Shown: one piece after another, positions 1-13,834 of the stretch
How positions within the stretch are numbered: the stretch's first letter is position 1
Layout: each line of letters opens with the position of its first letter
NCBI GenBank assembly: GCA_016748015.1
Contig: JAAOMT010000607.1
Span: forward strand, 62,001-126,000
Direction: 5' to 3'
Source: Geosiphon pyriformis uo1
Taxonomy: Eukaryota > Fungi > Glomeromycota
DNA length: 64,000 nt
Translations under genes and position numbers: made by a program
The notes under the pieces: generated by a model
Databases searched by the model: none
Told to the model about the DNA's origin: nothing
The model's input: only the letters and a program-made list of their open reading frames with translations

Positions 1-499
1 TTTTTCCGAATTCAAAAAAATATTATAATTTTGAAAACTAGGTTTTATGCATTTTGATGATCGGTACTTTCCCGTTTGGTAACTTTTCTTTCAGCGACAA
101 AATTTTTTTAGATCTGTGATTCAGGTTTTGTGGCAGAAATGTGCGATTACTTATAAAATGAATAACAAAATAAATTTGAAAATTCTAAAAAAAATACTAT
201 TTTATATTGCAGATTAAAGCAACACATTAAGTAATAACAAAAAATAATATCTTAGTAAAAAAGCAAATTGAATCTATACACAATTCAATTGATGTAATCA
301 GTTTCAAAAATTACAATTATCAAACTTTTAAAATATATTTAAAAGAAAAAACAATTCTTAATTGTTAGTTTAGCATAAATTTCTTATTTTCAAATTGAAT
401 TAAGAAAAAAAGTAAAAAAGTAATAGATTATTTCAAATGAAAAATTAAATCAAAAAATTTCTATAGCTTTAGAAAGTCGCATTTGCATAGATAATAAAA

Positions 500-701
500 C
501 AAATGAATAGCCAAGTTAACAACTAGATTAACAATTAGGTCAACAATCAAGTTATTAATAATGTTAATAATTAAGTTAACAACTAATTTTAAGAATAGAA
601 TGGTTAAAATATATAAAATTAGTGGCTAATACATGTGTGATATAATTATAATTAAATACAGTATGGCAGAATTTACTTTTAATGAAAATTCAACTGTAAC
701 A
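500..701 (-). repeat. Decayed dispersed repeat, probable solo-LTR (or long TIR) copy 1, with ~12-bp AAGTTAACAACT-like subrepeats
   Basis: Reverse complement starts TGTTAC at 701 and aligns by eye to 3208-3360 (shared AATTAGGTCAA, AATAGAATGG, AGTGG.TAATACATGTG) and to 63850-64000. Outer boundary is approximate. Confidence 0.55.
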
Positions 702-1852
702 ATATGAAAATTTTCATATCAAGCTGGACATAAGATTTTGCAAATAGCTTTACTTTTTAGCAGAAATTTAATGAAAATCCAGATTAAAATTAAATGTTTC
801 CAAATAGATCCCTTAAAGAATCAAAATTTTCATCTGTATAATTAAAAATTTCTTTTAAGTCAATTTTATTGCTAAATTTAGCAGCTCCCATTCCACAGTT
901 TTTTCATATTTAGGCATCTTTAAATAGAATTTGGACTAAAGCACTTTATTGAAGGAAGAGACATCTTGAGGATTGAAACAGGAGCTGAATTTTTCAGAGC
1001 GATTATAGTGCAAATTTTGAACGGATTATGCATAAATAATGCTTCATGCAAAATAGAATTATAAATTTTCAGCTTTTTTGCATGGTATTTAATTAGATAG
1101 TCTTCATGATGAGCAATGAGGTTTTATCAGAAATTCTAAAATTTTCGGTATTCTGTGTTCATTAAGTAATGTTTTTGCCACTATAAATATATATAGAGGA
1201 AACCAAAAATCCACTAATGCGAATAAAATATTTAAGCAAACAAAAGTGTTTACTGAAGAGTTGTCTCAAAAATTTTCAGTAGTAGAGAAGGCAAAAGTAT
1301 TATTTTTCTTTTAAACCAAATCGCTAGAGAGGGTTATAGTGAAATAAATCTAGAAAGAGTTCTAGAAATGTTGTTAGCAAGTTTATAAAACTCAAATCAG
1401 TACAAAAGTCACTTTAGTTTGATGCTAAGATTTGTATGTCACTTACAAGTAATTTAAGGGTTTAAAATAGTATTTGCATTCATTTTTATTACTATTCAAT
1501 TATTTTACAATTGAGCTCTTGATTCCAATTTTTCTCTATTGAATACAATTGTTTTGATGCCCATTAAAATGACCTTTTGAAAAAAATCTGTTGTCAAAAT
1601 TATTTAATGACTTGGATATTATTAAATTAAATCTGGGGTTATAACTAGTAAATTTTTAGTTTATATGAAGAGTACATGCTGTTTTCAACTAATTATAACA
1701 AAGCGGTAATGCTATTTGTCACTTTTATTCACTATTTTTAGAAATAGTTTTTTCTTAAAAGTCAACATTTTTTGCTTTTAGGATTTAGGTTTCTCTTAAA
1801 GATGTATTTGTTTGATTTTTACTAAAACAAGGTTGGCCTTTCTTTTTTTTTA

Positions 1853-2013
1853 AATGGAGGTATTGTGGCGAAGTTAATAATTTGTGATAAAAAAGTATAA
1901 AATGACATACTGTCATGTCTGTTATTCTCGTACGCGGATTTATTTTCCTAAATTTTCTACGATACTCTATTCTCCACAATATTCTGTTCTATACAATACC
2001 TCCATTCGCCACA
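1853..2013. repeat. Short inverted repeat (MITE/TIR-like relic)
   Basis: AATGGAGGTATTGT (1853-1866) is the exact reverse complement of ACAATACCTCCATT (1993-2006). TGTGGCGAA (1864-1872) pairs with TTCGCCACA (2005-2013). Confidence 0.5.
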
Positions 2014-3207
2014 GTACTCCTCTTACCTTATATATATTTAAATGTTTAACAAAAATTGAATAAAGTGAAAGGTTAAAATTGAAATGATATGGTTTTTTTT
2101 AAACCTTAAGTAAAAAATTTTATTATCTATGTGAAACAGATTTGCTAAAATATCAAATATGAAACTTTCAAACCAACTTGAGAAATTCATAACATTAGCT
2201 ACCTCTTCCCATATAGCTTTAGAAATAAAATAGCCTTTTTAAGTAACCAAATATTGAAGCTGCTTGTCAACTCTTTTCAAATTCAAGATCTTTTTAATTT
2301 CAAATTCAGTACTGCTCTTAAGCTGAATAAATAAAAAAGTTTTTTACATAACCAAAAATAATTGATTTAACATATAGTTTAAGCAATAGATTCTGTAATG
2401 TGCAAAAAGTTCTAATTAATGGACTATAAAATTGAGCTGTTGAACCACTAAAAAAATATCAAACTGTTTATAATTTAATTAATTACAAAACTGTATTGTT
2501 TTAATATTATACTATAAGAACCAAATTTTGTTTTTCATCTTGAATTTTGGTGCTCTTTGACATTGTCTATTTGCTCTTTTTTTATATTAATTAATATTAT
2601 TTTGTAGCTTAAATTCAAATTTTTTAAACTCTTATTTTGGCAACACTTTCCTTAGCAAAAAGATTTACTAATTTTTTAACAACAAAAAAACTAACTTTAA
2701 GATTTATTTATGATTAACAAAAAAAGACATTGTTTTTATTAGAATATGAACAGTATTGCTTTATTAACATGCTTTGTTTGATTATTGGTTTAAGAGTAAA
2801 ATATTAAGAACAGAGATTTTGTTACTAAATAGTTTGAAAAGTTATTTCCAAAATTAAAACACATATTGAAAACCATAATTAAAAATAAATTTATCTGAAA
2901 GATCATAAAATCTAATAATATTATAAAGAATTAACTAAGCCATATTTTCAGAAGTCTTAGTTTTTAAACAGAAAATAAAGTAGCTTATTTTATTAAATGA
3001 TTTATAACACAAGAATCAAATTTTTATTATTTGCTAAAAAAATTTCTCTTGTTCAGACCACCAATAATTTCTAATAATATTCCTTAAAGTTTTATTCATT
3101 CTAAAATCACTAATAAAGAAACTGCTATAACTTTTTTTAAAACTTGAAGATGTTCTGAAATTTTAAAATCATAAATTTAATTATTATAAAACAAAAAACT
3201 ATTATAT

Positions 3208-3360
3208 TGTTACGGGTGAAACTTTTATTTTTTAGTTTTATTTATTTAATTAGCTATAGTTAGTCACATGTATTACCCACTGATGTCATTATTAGCCATT
3301 CTATTTTTAGAATTAGTCGTTGATGTAATTATTAACTTAATTAATGACTTTGACCTAATT
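3208..3360 (+). repeat. Decayed dispersed repeat, probable solo-LTR (or long TIR) copy 2
   Basis: Begins TGTTACGGGTGAA (TG start typical of LTRs) and is an inverted homolog of 500-701. Right boundary not resolved. Confidence 0.55.
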
Positions 3361-4284
3361 ATAAAGAATATATAAGCAAGATTTTTCAAAGTCAAAGTAA
3401 TTTATTCACATATGGATTAATTTATTTAAAACAAAGATTAATACAATAATATAAACTCTTTTATTTCTTTTTCGCTATTTCTTTTCTCTTTTCTTTTTTT
3501 GATTTATATAATTGTTAGTTTTTATAAAGTATATTGAACTAAAAAGTTGATATTGAATTTTAAAAGCACTAATGTGAGACATAAAATTATACCTGTATGT
3601 TATTTTTTGTTGACAATATGGATTATTTCTCTACCTTTAAATTCTCTTATTATCTTTTGAAAAGAATAGTAACTAAAATATTTATGAGACTAATCTCACA
3701 CATTGAATTCTTACTAATTCAATTTGTTTATAAAAGTTGAATTATTCTTTTATTATTTTTATTGCCATACAATACTGTTCTTTCTTGCTATATATTAGCA
3801 TGTTATATTTGACTATAATAATATATTCTTTTAATTAATAACACATTATTAATTTATTATAAAATTTATTAACTTTACTAATAGTAAACAGTACTTTTTA
3901 TTATGTTTTTAAAATATTACAAAAAATAATTTTGGGTGATTGGTCATGAGTAAAAAATGCATAAGCTGCATTTATTGATTAAACATATGACAAAGTTGAA
4001 ACTATTAACAAAGCAAAAGGCATCTAGTTAATTTAAATTAAATTGCTTATTCCAAAAAAGCAATAATAGAATTCAATACAAAAGATTTTTCTCAAAATGA
4101 AGGGAGAGATACTATAGAAAGCATTATACAGTATTTTCCTTTCAAAATTAAAGGTCTAAAAAATACATGATTTACATCAAGAACATATTTTTATTCTGAA
4201 ATAAATTAGAAAATTGAGGTTTTAAAAATTTTGAGATACGCCTTACAACATACTGTATATTGCTTTAATAGCTCTCTAATAATT

Positions 4285-5600
4285 TTAAATGTTAACTGGT
4301 TCTGAGGGGCATATTCCCATCATGTAACCAAAATAAGGTCCGAAATGGTCATTACCCTCATGAGTCCTAACTAATCGACCGTCTTTTCTTCTGCGTTTAT
4401 TACGATTTTTATTACAATCCTTGCATATATAAAAAAATTCAGATCGCATTAAATTTTAAAAATAACGTTTGACTTTAGAAAATTTTCTCACCGGATGTTC
4501 ATTTAATGTTCCAACCTCAAAACATTTATAAACAGACGGAAACTTTATTGGTGGTTCTAAGTCAGAAGTTTTTGTGAAAAGAGGTGAGCATTCACATTGA
4601 TCTTGAAATGGAATCCAGTATTCGCCACTCAATTGAAAATAGTCAATTGCTTTTCCTTCAAAGCTATAACCATATTTTGGAACACCTGGGGTATAATCAT
4701 CCCGGTACGTGACACGATAAAGCGTAATTTGAGTTGCTACAAATTCGGCAAATTTCATATTTCCCATTTGTGGCTGGCCAAATGTGACAACTGTTGGTTT
4801 AACTGCATATTTAGAAGCAAATTCTAATGCTGCGCATACTGCTATTACTAAAAATTTTCAAAATCAAAATAATTTAGAATATGCATATGCAAAAATTTTT
4901 AATATTATAAATACAACTTACTACCCGCTCGCCCAAAACCGGTGAATGTAAAGTAATCCTTATTAACATTGAAGTCAGATTTTAATTTCAGGTTTTCCAT
5001 CTTGGTCCAAAATTTTTTTCTACCCTTTAACCATACATTAAAATGACTTTGATCTACTAAAGCTCCTTCTATTCTAGGATAACCAATCAAGGTCGATTTT
5101 TGCATTTTCCAAAGAATGTATCCCCTTTCTTTAGATTTGAAAGTCAATATTATTTGTTGATACGCTCCTGTGATTGGATTTAAACTTTTTGACATCCCCA
5201 CTGGAATTTAAAATTAGCAAATATGAATTTTGATGCGTTTTCAACTTTTCAAAAAAATGGTTATTATTTTACCAAAAAAGCGCCCGTATAAGCGATCGCT
5301 CTCATCTTTAAGACATGCAGCTTGCATTGCATAGTAAGCATTATTAGCTAGCATCGCGAGGAGCCCTTGATCCTCTACTAAAACTTTTTGAAAGTGGAGG
5401 TCTACATCAATTTTGGACCTTTTTTGCTCTTCTGTAATGTTTAAGAAATTCCTTTTAGGGGGGCTGAGGTCTACATGTTTGATTGGAAGATATTCAGGAA
5501 AGTTCGCTTCTCGTTTTGTTTTAAATTTTGCTACGGAAACTATCACCATGTGAAATAGCTTCAAAATGAGTAACCACCAAAAGCTTGAAAGAATTTTCAT
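4285..5600 (-). CDS. Class-3 lipase-like protein L1, secreted, nucleophile Ser replaced (GFGRAG); ~365 aa
   Basis: Exons 5600-5273, 5200-4922, 4847-4492, 4419-4285 with GT-AG introns keep frame. Hydrophobic N-terminus, ANNAY..AAC, TFGQPQMGN, YRVTYRDD, EYWIP, DHFGPYFG..C are Lipase_3 landmarks. Confidence 0.88.
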
Positions 5601-8598
5601 TTTAAAACATGAATAAAAATGACTTTCTTAGATATTGAATTTATGGTTTCGAAAATCTATTCCCCTATATAGTTTACGTCTATTAATCAAAATAACAAAT
5701 ATTTGGTCAAATCGTAAATTTCCTAAACGTAATATACGTAATCTTTCAATCAAATTTTTGCTGACAAAGAAAAAGTAAATCAAAATAAGCACAGAATATT
5801 ATTTGGGAATATAGTATACCTTTAAGCATTTAAAAAAACCAATGCTTAAAATATGAAAAAACTTTCAGGTGTCAGATTTACTTTAATTGATCAGTTTTTA
5901 TTTTTACCTAACACATAAATATTTTCGAAGCATTACACATTCTTCTTCGGTTACAATTTTACGAGCTCAAGTTTCAGTGAATAGATATGAGTATTTCGAA
6001 ACAAAGAATGCTTAGCAGTGAAACTAATATAGACGACTTTGACAAATCTTTTGATCTATGTTTATTTATGCAATTTTTTTAACCAAATTTCAGCTGATAT
6101 AAACTCAATATATATCTTGATAGAATAATAATAATAATAATATATATTTAAATCGAAAAAGCTCTTTATGAACAAAATAACTTGAGTCTAATAAATTTAA
6201 ACCAAAGGTTCAAATAAGATAAAATGGTTAAATAATTTTGAATTAAAGACTTTAATGTAAAATTCTAATAGATAAATTCCTTTTTAAAAAAACTTATTAA
6301 CAAGGAATTGATATTTATGACCCCTAATCAATAAAAAACATTATTTTTCATTTTAATTTCAAAATGACATTTTATTTGTATTCTTATTTAAAGTAGCTTC
6401 TACAAAACACAAAAAATTCATTAACAAAAAAAATATTTTGATATAATGTATATAAAATTGAAGTGTATTAAAAATAGAGAATCAATTTATTTTTTCAAAG
6501 GCAATTAAATTTTAAAATTTGTAATCATTACTCAAACTTTATTCATGAATTTTTTTACTTTCATCTAATTTTAAATTCATATTTAGTTGTTTCACCCACT
6601 TTTGATATAAATTTTACCAAGATAGAAAGTAAGAGCTGAATAGAAAATAAATTTTTCAAGATTAAAAATTTCTTAAAACTGAATAATTTAACAGACTCTA
6701 AAATTTCAAACTTTTAATTTTTACTTCAACATATTCATCATCATTATATAATATTTATTTTTTCTAATAATTTGTGACTTAGTTATACCAGAAATTTCCA
6801 ATGCCTGTGGCAAAATTAAGGTCAACATATTACCAATGAGAAAATTATTTATGCTACTACTATAAAAGCTTTGATGCCCTTAATTATTATGCCATTTTTT
6901 TTTAAAAATGAGTTAATTATAATGAAAATTTTTTAAATATCAAATATTTATTATGTGCCGTTGCTTTGTGACAGTAATCAAAGGGCGTAATAATACCAAA
7001 TAACTTTTCATCAATTTGTGCTTAACCGAGAAAATGTGGTCAAGACTTGTTAGAGAAACACAAAATTGCGTGGGAAATTATTTTCCACAAGTTGATTTAA
7101 GATAAAAATATTGGGAATATGGAAGAGATTTCTTGTTTATATGCGGGTTTATTTGTTTTAATGAATCTTGTATTTTCTTAAACTTGTTTAATTTTCCCAA
7201 GCTTGTTTAATTTTCTCACAAAAATTAAATAGTGTATACCGCTCAATTTACAAAACAAGAGAATCATCGTGAACACAAAGCTTCCAAATGTAAGTTTCTA
7301 TTTCAATGAAGCAAATTTTTGTTTTCAACACGGAATAAACAGATCCGATAATAATTTCAAAGAATTGGGTGTTATACCTCAAATCATTTTGCTCTGTTTG
7401 CTATGAAAATTATTACCATTTATACGACGAAAATTTAATAGTTCATTTAATTTAATTAATTAACGGAAATCATTTAGTAAAGACAAGATCAATGTACTTA
7501 ATTTTTTTTCAAAATTAGTTGAATCTTTAACTATAAACAAACCAAGAAATTAATGAAAAATGTAAATAGAGTATTAATGAATGAAGTAGTAATATTAGCT
7601 TTTCTTTCAGTACTACTGGCAAAGTTTGTTAGAATAAAATTTACAAAGTCAATTTAACATTAATTTGTAAAATATTCAAAATTTGAAAGTTTCAAAAATT
7701 TTATTAATTTTATTTTTAAGGAGCTAGTCACAAGTAAGCAACATCAATTTATAAAAGCTAAACCCAAAACTCCTAGAAGATCGAATATGACATAAACTAT
7801 ATTAAATAGTTTTTTTATTTTTAAAAGTAATTGAAATAGTAAAAGTTTTCCTTTCCTCGTTCAAGTTGAAAATTTTCAATTTAATATGAAAAGTTTATTT
7901 TTTTCACAGTTTAAATGATATATGATAAGAGAATTCGATTGTTAATCTCTTCTTGACGCTGTGCTGATACCTCGGGCAATTAATTTCAAAAAATTCATTT
8001 GTTTTAATAATCACTGTTCAATAATACCAAAGTACTCTCAAATATATATTAATTTTTCTTCTTTAAGGAATCAATTTTATTTTTAGAAAGTTACCTTCTG
8101 AAAATACCTGAACGCGTTTAATATGTCATTTTTATTGTAAAATCATCAAAATTTGACTGGAAATCTAGACCCTTCTAAGCTATTATAGCTTTTTGAAGAC
8201 TCAGAAAAGTTTATTGAAATTTTTGTTAGCTTCAGCTAACAAAAATAAAATAAATCTTCGTAAAAAGATTTTATCATTTAAGAGATATTGTTTTCTATGT
8301 TTCTATCTCCTTAAATTTAAACATGCAAATCCTTTTCTATGGGTTAATATTTTGTTGTTTTTTTATAAACAAACGTATTCAAGGTTGGTTCCATTTCGTA
8401 GGTTTTTATTGAAATAGGACTAAGCCATTTTAACTAGATAAAGTGGGGAGATCGGTCGGAAAATTTATCCTATCTGATCATTGGCGCTTTGCCAATGTAT
8501 AATAAAATGATTAAAAACTCGATCATTAATTAAAAAAATTTTGAATTCGCAAAATTGTTTTTGGTAGTGACTCTTAACGATTATTTAGTTATATAAAA

Positions 8599-10166
8599 AT
8601 GAAGACGTTTTCAAACTTTATGTGTACACTCATTTTGATTATGGTCCACATGGTAACATTTGTGGTCCTATTTGAAATCAAAAGAGAAGTAAATTTCCAA
8701 AGATGACTTTGAAACAAAAATTTAACAAAACTAAAAACGAATCAAATATAAATTTTAATTGTCCCTACAAGAGTACAATTCGGGAAAACTTTCGTGAAGG
8801 GATAAGCCTCAATGCTGGAAAAAGGGATTTCTTAAATATTACTAAACAGCAAAAAAAGTCAAAGATTGTTGAAAACCCAAACTTGCGAAAGATTTTAGTG
8901 AAAGATCAAGAGCTTCTCGGGATGCTAGCTAATAATGCCTACTATGCAAGACAAGCTGCATGTCTTAACCATGAAAGTGAACGCTTATGGAGATTGTCTT
9001 TTAGTGAGCTCAATAAATAGTTTGGGAAACTTTCTTCTCGTTATACTTTAAATTTTAAATTTTTTAATTTATTTCAGTAGGGATGCCAAAAAGCCTAAAA
9101 CCTACTCCAGGATCATATTCGCAAGTAATATTGACTTTCAAATTTAAAGAACGAGTATATAATAATTGGAAAGGGCATCAATCAATCTCGATTCCTTATC
9201 CTAACGTAAAAGAGTCATTAGTAGATGAATATCATTTTAATATATGGTTATACTGTAAAGAAATATTTCGGGCCAAGATAGAAAACTTGAAATCAAATTC
9301 TGAATTTCATGTTAATAAGAAGTACTTTACATTCACTGGTTTTGGGAGAGCTGGTAGTAAGTTGTTAATTTTAATATTAAATATTGTTGCATTTTATTTG
9401 CTATGTATCCATTTTTTAAAAAAATATTTTCGATTTTAATCATCATTTTTTATTAATTGCAGTATATGCATATTTTAAATTATTTTCATTTTGAATTTTT
9501 TTTTTAGTAACGGCAGTATATGCAGCATTAGATTTTGCTTCTGAACATGCAGTTAAACCAACAGTTGTCACATTTGGCCAGCCAAAAATGGGAAATATGA
9601 AATTTGTCGAATTTGTAACAACTCAAATTACGCTTTATCGTGTCACGTATCGAGATGATTTTACTCCAAGTGTTCCAACATATGGTTATGATATTGATAC
9701 AAAAGCAATTGACTATTCTCAATTGAGTGGCGAATACTGGATTCCATTTCAAGATCAATGTGAATGCGCACCTCTTTTCACAAAAACCTCTAACTTAGAA
9801 CCACCAATAAAGTTTCCGTCTGTTTATAAATGTTTTGAGGTTGGAACGTTGAATGTAAATCCGGTACGTGAATTTTAGGATTTAAGAAATTTTCTAAAGT
9901 CAAAAGTATTTGAGCGGTAGTATTAAATTTAATGAAATTTCAATTTTTTTTATATCTGCAAGAATTGTAATGAAGGTCGGACTAAACGCAGAAGAAAAGA
10001 AAATCGAGGAATGAAGAAAAAGGATACTGATGACCATTTCGGACCTTATTTTGGCTATATGATGGGAAAATGCCCCTCTGAATCAGTTGAAAAATCTAGT
10101 GATATGGGAATAGTTACTACTCACCATGTTGAGAGACACTTTTATATGAATACCCCTTTAAACTGA
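8599..10166 (+). CDS. Class-3 lipase-like protein L2, close inverted paralog of L1, Ser-less (GFGRAG); ~386 aa
   Basis: Exons 8599-8688, 8772-9003, 9078-9356, 9508-9863, 9963-10166. Two internal exons have the same lengths as in L1 (279, 356 nt). The first intron (8689-8771, GTAAAT..CAAG, phase 0) is needed to avoid a stop at 8704. Confidence 0.82.
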
Positions 10167-10971
10167 CTATTTCAAGAACGGTAAAAAGACGATGAAAGAA
10201 CCTAAATCATATTTTTTAAAGGTTTAAACCCGTTTTTCTTGATATCGTCTGTTTAAGATCTCAAAACAAAATTACACACAGGCTTATTGGGTTAAATATA
10301 ATTTTCTTGTATACCGGTTAGATTGTGTGGTGTGTATATTCAAATTCGTCTATAGGATTCTAAATATTGGCCTGCCTGGGAAATCGATGAAAATTTTTAA
10401 ATTTTTATCTTAAACTGAAATTCCCAAATGTATTCTGTATATAAAATTCGAGTCTTTTTTTATTAATTGAATTTGTTAGAGTAGTTTTAAACTTTTTTTG
10501 CTATTACTCATTATATCATTTCAATAAATCCAAATTTAAAGGAAAAAATTTTCTCATCTGCTTGTATAAAAAATCGATAATTTCCTTATGAAATTGTAAT
10601 ATTTAATCGAATCAAGGCTTTATTTGTTCTTTGTATACTCTTATCGCTAATTTTGTAACCTAAGCATCTATTAAAGAACATTTACTCAAATCCCGAAAAT
10701 AGGGTACATTGGTTGAGATACTAACATGGAAAAAAAATCTATTATAGTATTAGTTCAAAAATAATTTCGTCTTTATATATTTCAAAAAATCTTTATTTGT
10801 CCAATTACAAATATATTAGCTGGTCAAATAATTCTAAGCCTTCGTTTAACAATAATTTTTAAAAAGTGTTTTCATAATCTTTGTTAACCCTTTACATAAG
10901 TGTACCCATTTCTCTCGTTAAATCTTTGTAAACTTTTTTTTTAAAAACACAAAATTTGATTAAAAATCTTT

Positions 10972-12492
10972 TTAAATTTTTAAATAATTAAATTTCTTGA
11001 AATTCTTAGCTACTTGCAAAGCGTCTTTTGTTATAAATTTTGCATTTTCAATATTGAGATACTCAACAAAACCATATTCGAATATCACCTCTAAATGTTC
11101 ATCTGAAATACATGTCGAATTTCTAAAGTCCAAATTGACAATTCTGGCTTCAGTTTCCATCAAAAAGCTTTGAAGAGCCATTGGGGAAAATTGTAAATCT
11201 GTGTCCAATCGGAAATGAGTTACGGTCGAAGGTAGACAGTGCCACAATTGAGAAACAAAATTATCGATATCATCTTCGTCACAATTTGATTTAATATGAA
11301 GCGAAAGGGTTTTAAGGTTATTCCAAATTTCAATAACATGAAGTATTTGTGGTATTTGATCAATTGTTAATAATGCCTCAAAAGTTGTAAGGTTCTGATT
11401 GTTTGAACCGTATTCTTGGAGGAATGCCATGGTTTCTGTTGGAATTAAGCCGCAAAGGTTGAGTTCGTTTAATGCAGAACTGGAATGAAGCATCAGCAAA
11501 CTGATAATATTCGGTGAGATAAAAGAATTGTGGAATTCAATTGCTTTCAAATTGTTAAATGATTCAACTGGTAACTGGGGATAGAAATTCGATAAAGGTA
11601 CTGAACAGCTTCTGAGAACAACTCTTTCTAAATCTTTATGTACCGAGATGACTTCAACAAATAAATAGTGTTCAGCCAAATCAATCTCGTTCAATTCGAG
11701 ATGCATTAAGGTGCTGGAATGAAGCTGAAGAACGTCGAAAAATCCTCGTAAATCTCTCGTCGATTCTCCTTTGTTATATTTTTGGATTTTGATAAATTTC
11801 AAAGATAATTGAGCAGCAATTAGAACAATTAAATGATCGATTCTTTCAAAAACCGCTTTATCTGGTGATGTATTTAAATTTGGATTCAACTCGATATCGA
11901 TTTCTGAAATATTTGTACATAGTCGCGAAGCTGAATAAAGAATTTCTCCTGGATATTCACCATTCAATCCTATTCTTCTTAAATTGGCTAAAGATTTCCT
12001 TGCACCAGGCCATTCAAAAAAATTCCAATCCATATCTCCCCAATGATAATCATCCGAATTAATAACGTTAAAATCCAATTCTAAATCTAAAATTTTCCCA
12101 TCACCATTAACTATGTTGATGGCGAATGTATGTAAAAGTCGGGGAGAAGTTCGACGATGTGGAACAGGGGAACACCAATCATTTATCGAATCGAATAAGC
12201 GCTGAAGTGAAAAATATTTGATGTAGCTAAGATAGGGAAATGTGGGAGAATTAAAATCTCTTTCTGACTTGATAACGCCATATTTTATTTGTTCCACAAT
12301 TGGGAGACAAGTTATTAGAGTGTTGATTAAGGAGCCTGGAAGAGAAGCGGAAAACGGTTTACTCCATAAAAAAGTAATTCCTTGTCGACACCAATCTTTA
12401 TTTACTAATATGCAAGAGTGTAAAGATTTTCTATCCTCTGGTAAAAATTGGAATATCTTTTCGATGCATGAATTTGGAAGTTTAGAAGCCAT
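10972..12492 (-). CDS. F-box protein with C-terminal RNI-like/LRR region, 506 aa, single exon
   Basis: N-terminal LPNSCIEKIFQFL..SLHSCILVNKDWCR..I.FLWSKPF F-box, followed by FPYLSYIK and repeated LxxLxL units. Long open ORF in very AT-rich DNA. Confidence 0.9.
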   Translation of the reverse strand: MASKLPNSCIEKIFQFLPEDRKSLHSCILVNKDWCRQGITFLWSKPFSASLPGSLINTLITCLPIVEQIKYGVIKSERDFNSPTFPYLSYIKYFSLQRLFDSINDWCSPVPHRRTSPRLLHTFAINIVNGDGKILDLELDFNVINSDDYHWGDMDWNFFEWPGARKSLANLRRIGLNGEYPGEILYSASRLCTNISEIDIELNPNLNTSPDKAVFERIDHLIVLIAAQLSLKFIKIQKYNKGESTRDLRGFFDVLQLHSSTLMHLELNEIDLAEHYLFVEVISVHKDLERVVLRSCSVPLSNFYPQLPVESFNNLKAIEFHNSFISPNIISLLMLHSSSALNELNLCGLIPTETMAFLQEYGSNNQNLTTFEALLTIDQIPQILHVIEIWNNLKTLSLHIKSNCDEDDIDNFVSQLWHCLPSTVTHFRLDTDLQFSPMALQSFLMETEARIVNLDFRNSTCISDEHLEVIFEYGFVEYLNIENAKFITKDALQVAKNFKKFNYLKI

Positions 12493-13054
12493 CCTTGTTC
12501 AAGCACCGAATTAAATGATCTCCCCCTTTTCCCAGTGAGTTAAGAAAATCTCCAGCCATATCCAAAAAGGAATGGTGAAACCAGAAAACAATGGGGCGCA
12601 GAAATTAATCTAACCTAGAATTTTGATCACCAGTGTAGTGTAACCCTTTAATTACTCTATAAAGTCTGCTCTTTTGTTAGTCAATGTTTCACACTTAAAA
12701 ACAAAAGCTTTTCAAAATGACTCGAAAATAATTGTGAGACATTTTTAATTATCCTTAAACTGAATTTTTAGTAATTGAAAGTGGTATAGTGAAATTATTT
12801 TTAAAAGGCATAAAAATTCATCCATTGAGATTGCACATTGATGAGCAATAAAAATTAAATGTAATATTTTATAAAAATTATAAATATTAAAATATATAAA
12901 TAACAACAACAAAGTTATTTATAAAATTTATTAAGAAAAATACTTTAATAATCAAAACTTTATTAATTTATTTATATATAATAAACCTATTATTATGAAT
13001 GAATAATAATAAATTATTTATTTTTAAGAATTTTTTTGTAATCAAATCAAATCG

Positions 13055-13056
<2 letters not shown>

Positions 13057-13088
<32 letters not shown>
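13057..13088. repeat. (AT)16 microsatellite
   Basis: Directly visible. A second (AT)n lies at ~13365-13389. Confidence 0.95.
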
Positions 13089-13091
<3 letters not shown>

Positions 13092-13834
13092 TTTTCAATT
13101 AAAATATTTTATGCAAATAAAAATTTGCAATATTTTTGAATCAAGTTATCAAATTTATTATAATAAATAACTATATTTTTTAAAAATAATATAATAATAT
13201 AATAATAATAAATATATTTAGTTAACAAATAATTTTAAAAATTAATGTAAAATAATTATAAATAATATATCTAATAAAATATTAAAAATTGATTACAAGA
13301 AATTTTTTTTTTATAAAGATGAAATTTATTAAAAATTTTGAAACCACAAAAATCTCCATCTCTAATATATATATATATATATATATATAATTAAGTTTTT
13401 ATATTTTCTAAAATATTTTTTGCATTAGACCAAGTCTGTTTAAACAATTTGATTATTATTAAAATAGTTTAACCTAAGTTTGCAAAAATTTTCAAGTGAA
13501 AAATAAAACTATAAATATTCTAAAGTGTAACAAAAATTCGTCATTGTATGAAAAAACAAATTATTACTACGAAAATTTAATAGTGATTATTGCATATAAA
13601 GAGTAATTTTCAAAATTCACATAATAATTACATTCATTTCTTTATTAACAATTCTATTTCTTAATCTGTTTACTATCAACATATCTTGCAAATTCAATTT
13701 CTCCAATTGGGTACTAATAACCAGAAAGTTCTTATTTGTTGATAAAAATAGTCAAAAAAGATATTTTGGGAATTATTAAAGATTATCAATGAAAAATTCC
13801 AGAAATTAATTGTACATAAGTTATCAAAGAGGGT

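Noticed and set aside
4597-4827. Antisense ORF conserved with 9528-9758
   Set aside because: Shadow of the duplicated lipase exon. The same applies to antisense or alternative-frame ORFs over the F-box, GPCR, L5, L6, Sel1 and CADG genes.
7180-7218. Two ~20-bp direct repeats (CTTGTTTAATTTTC) in the L1-L2 spacer
   Set aside because: Short, AT-rich and most simply a local slippage duplication.
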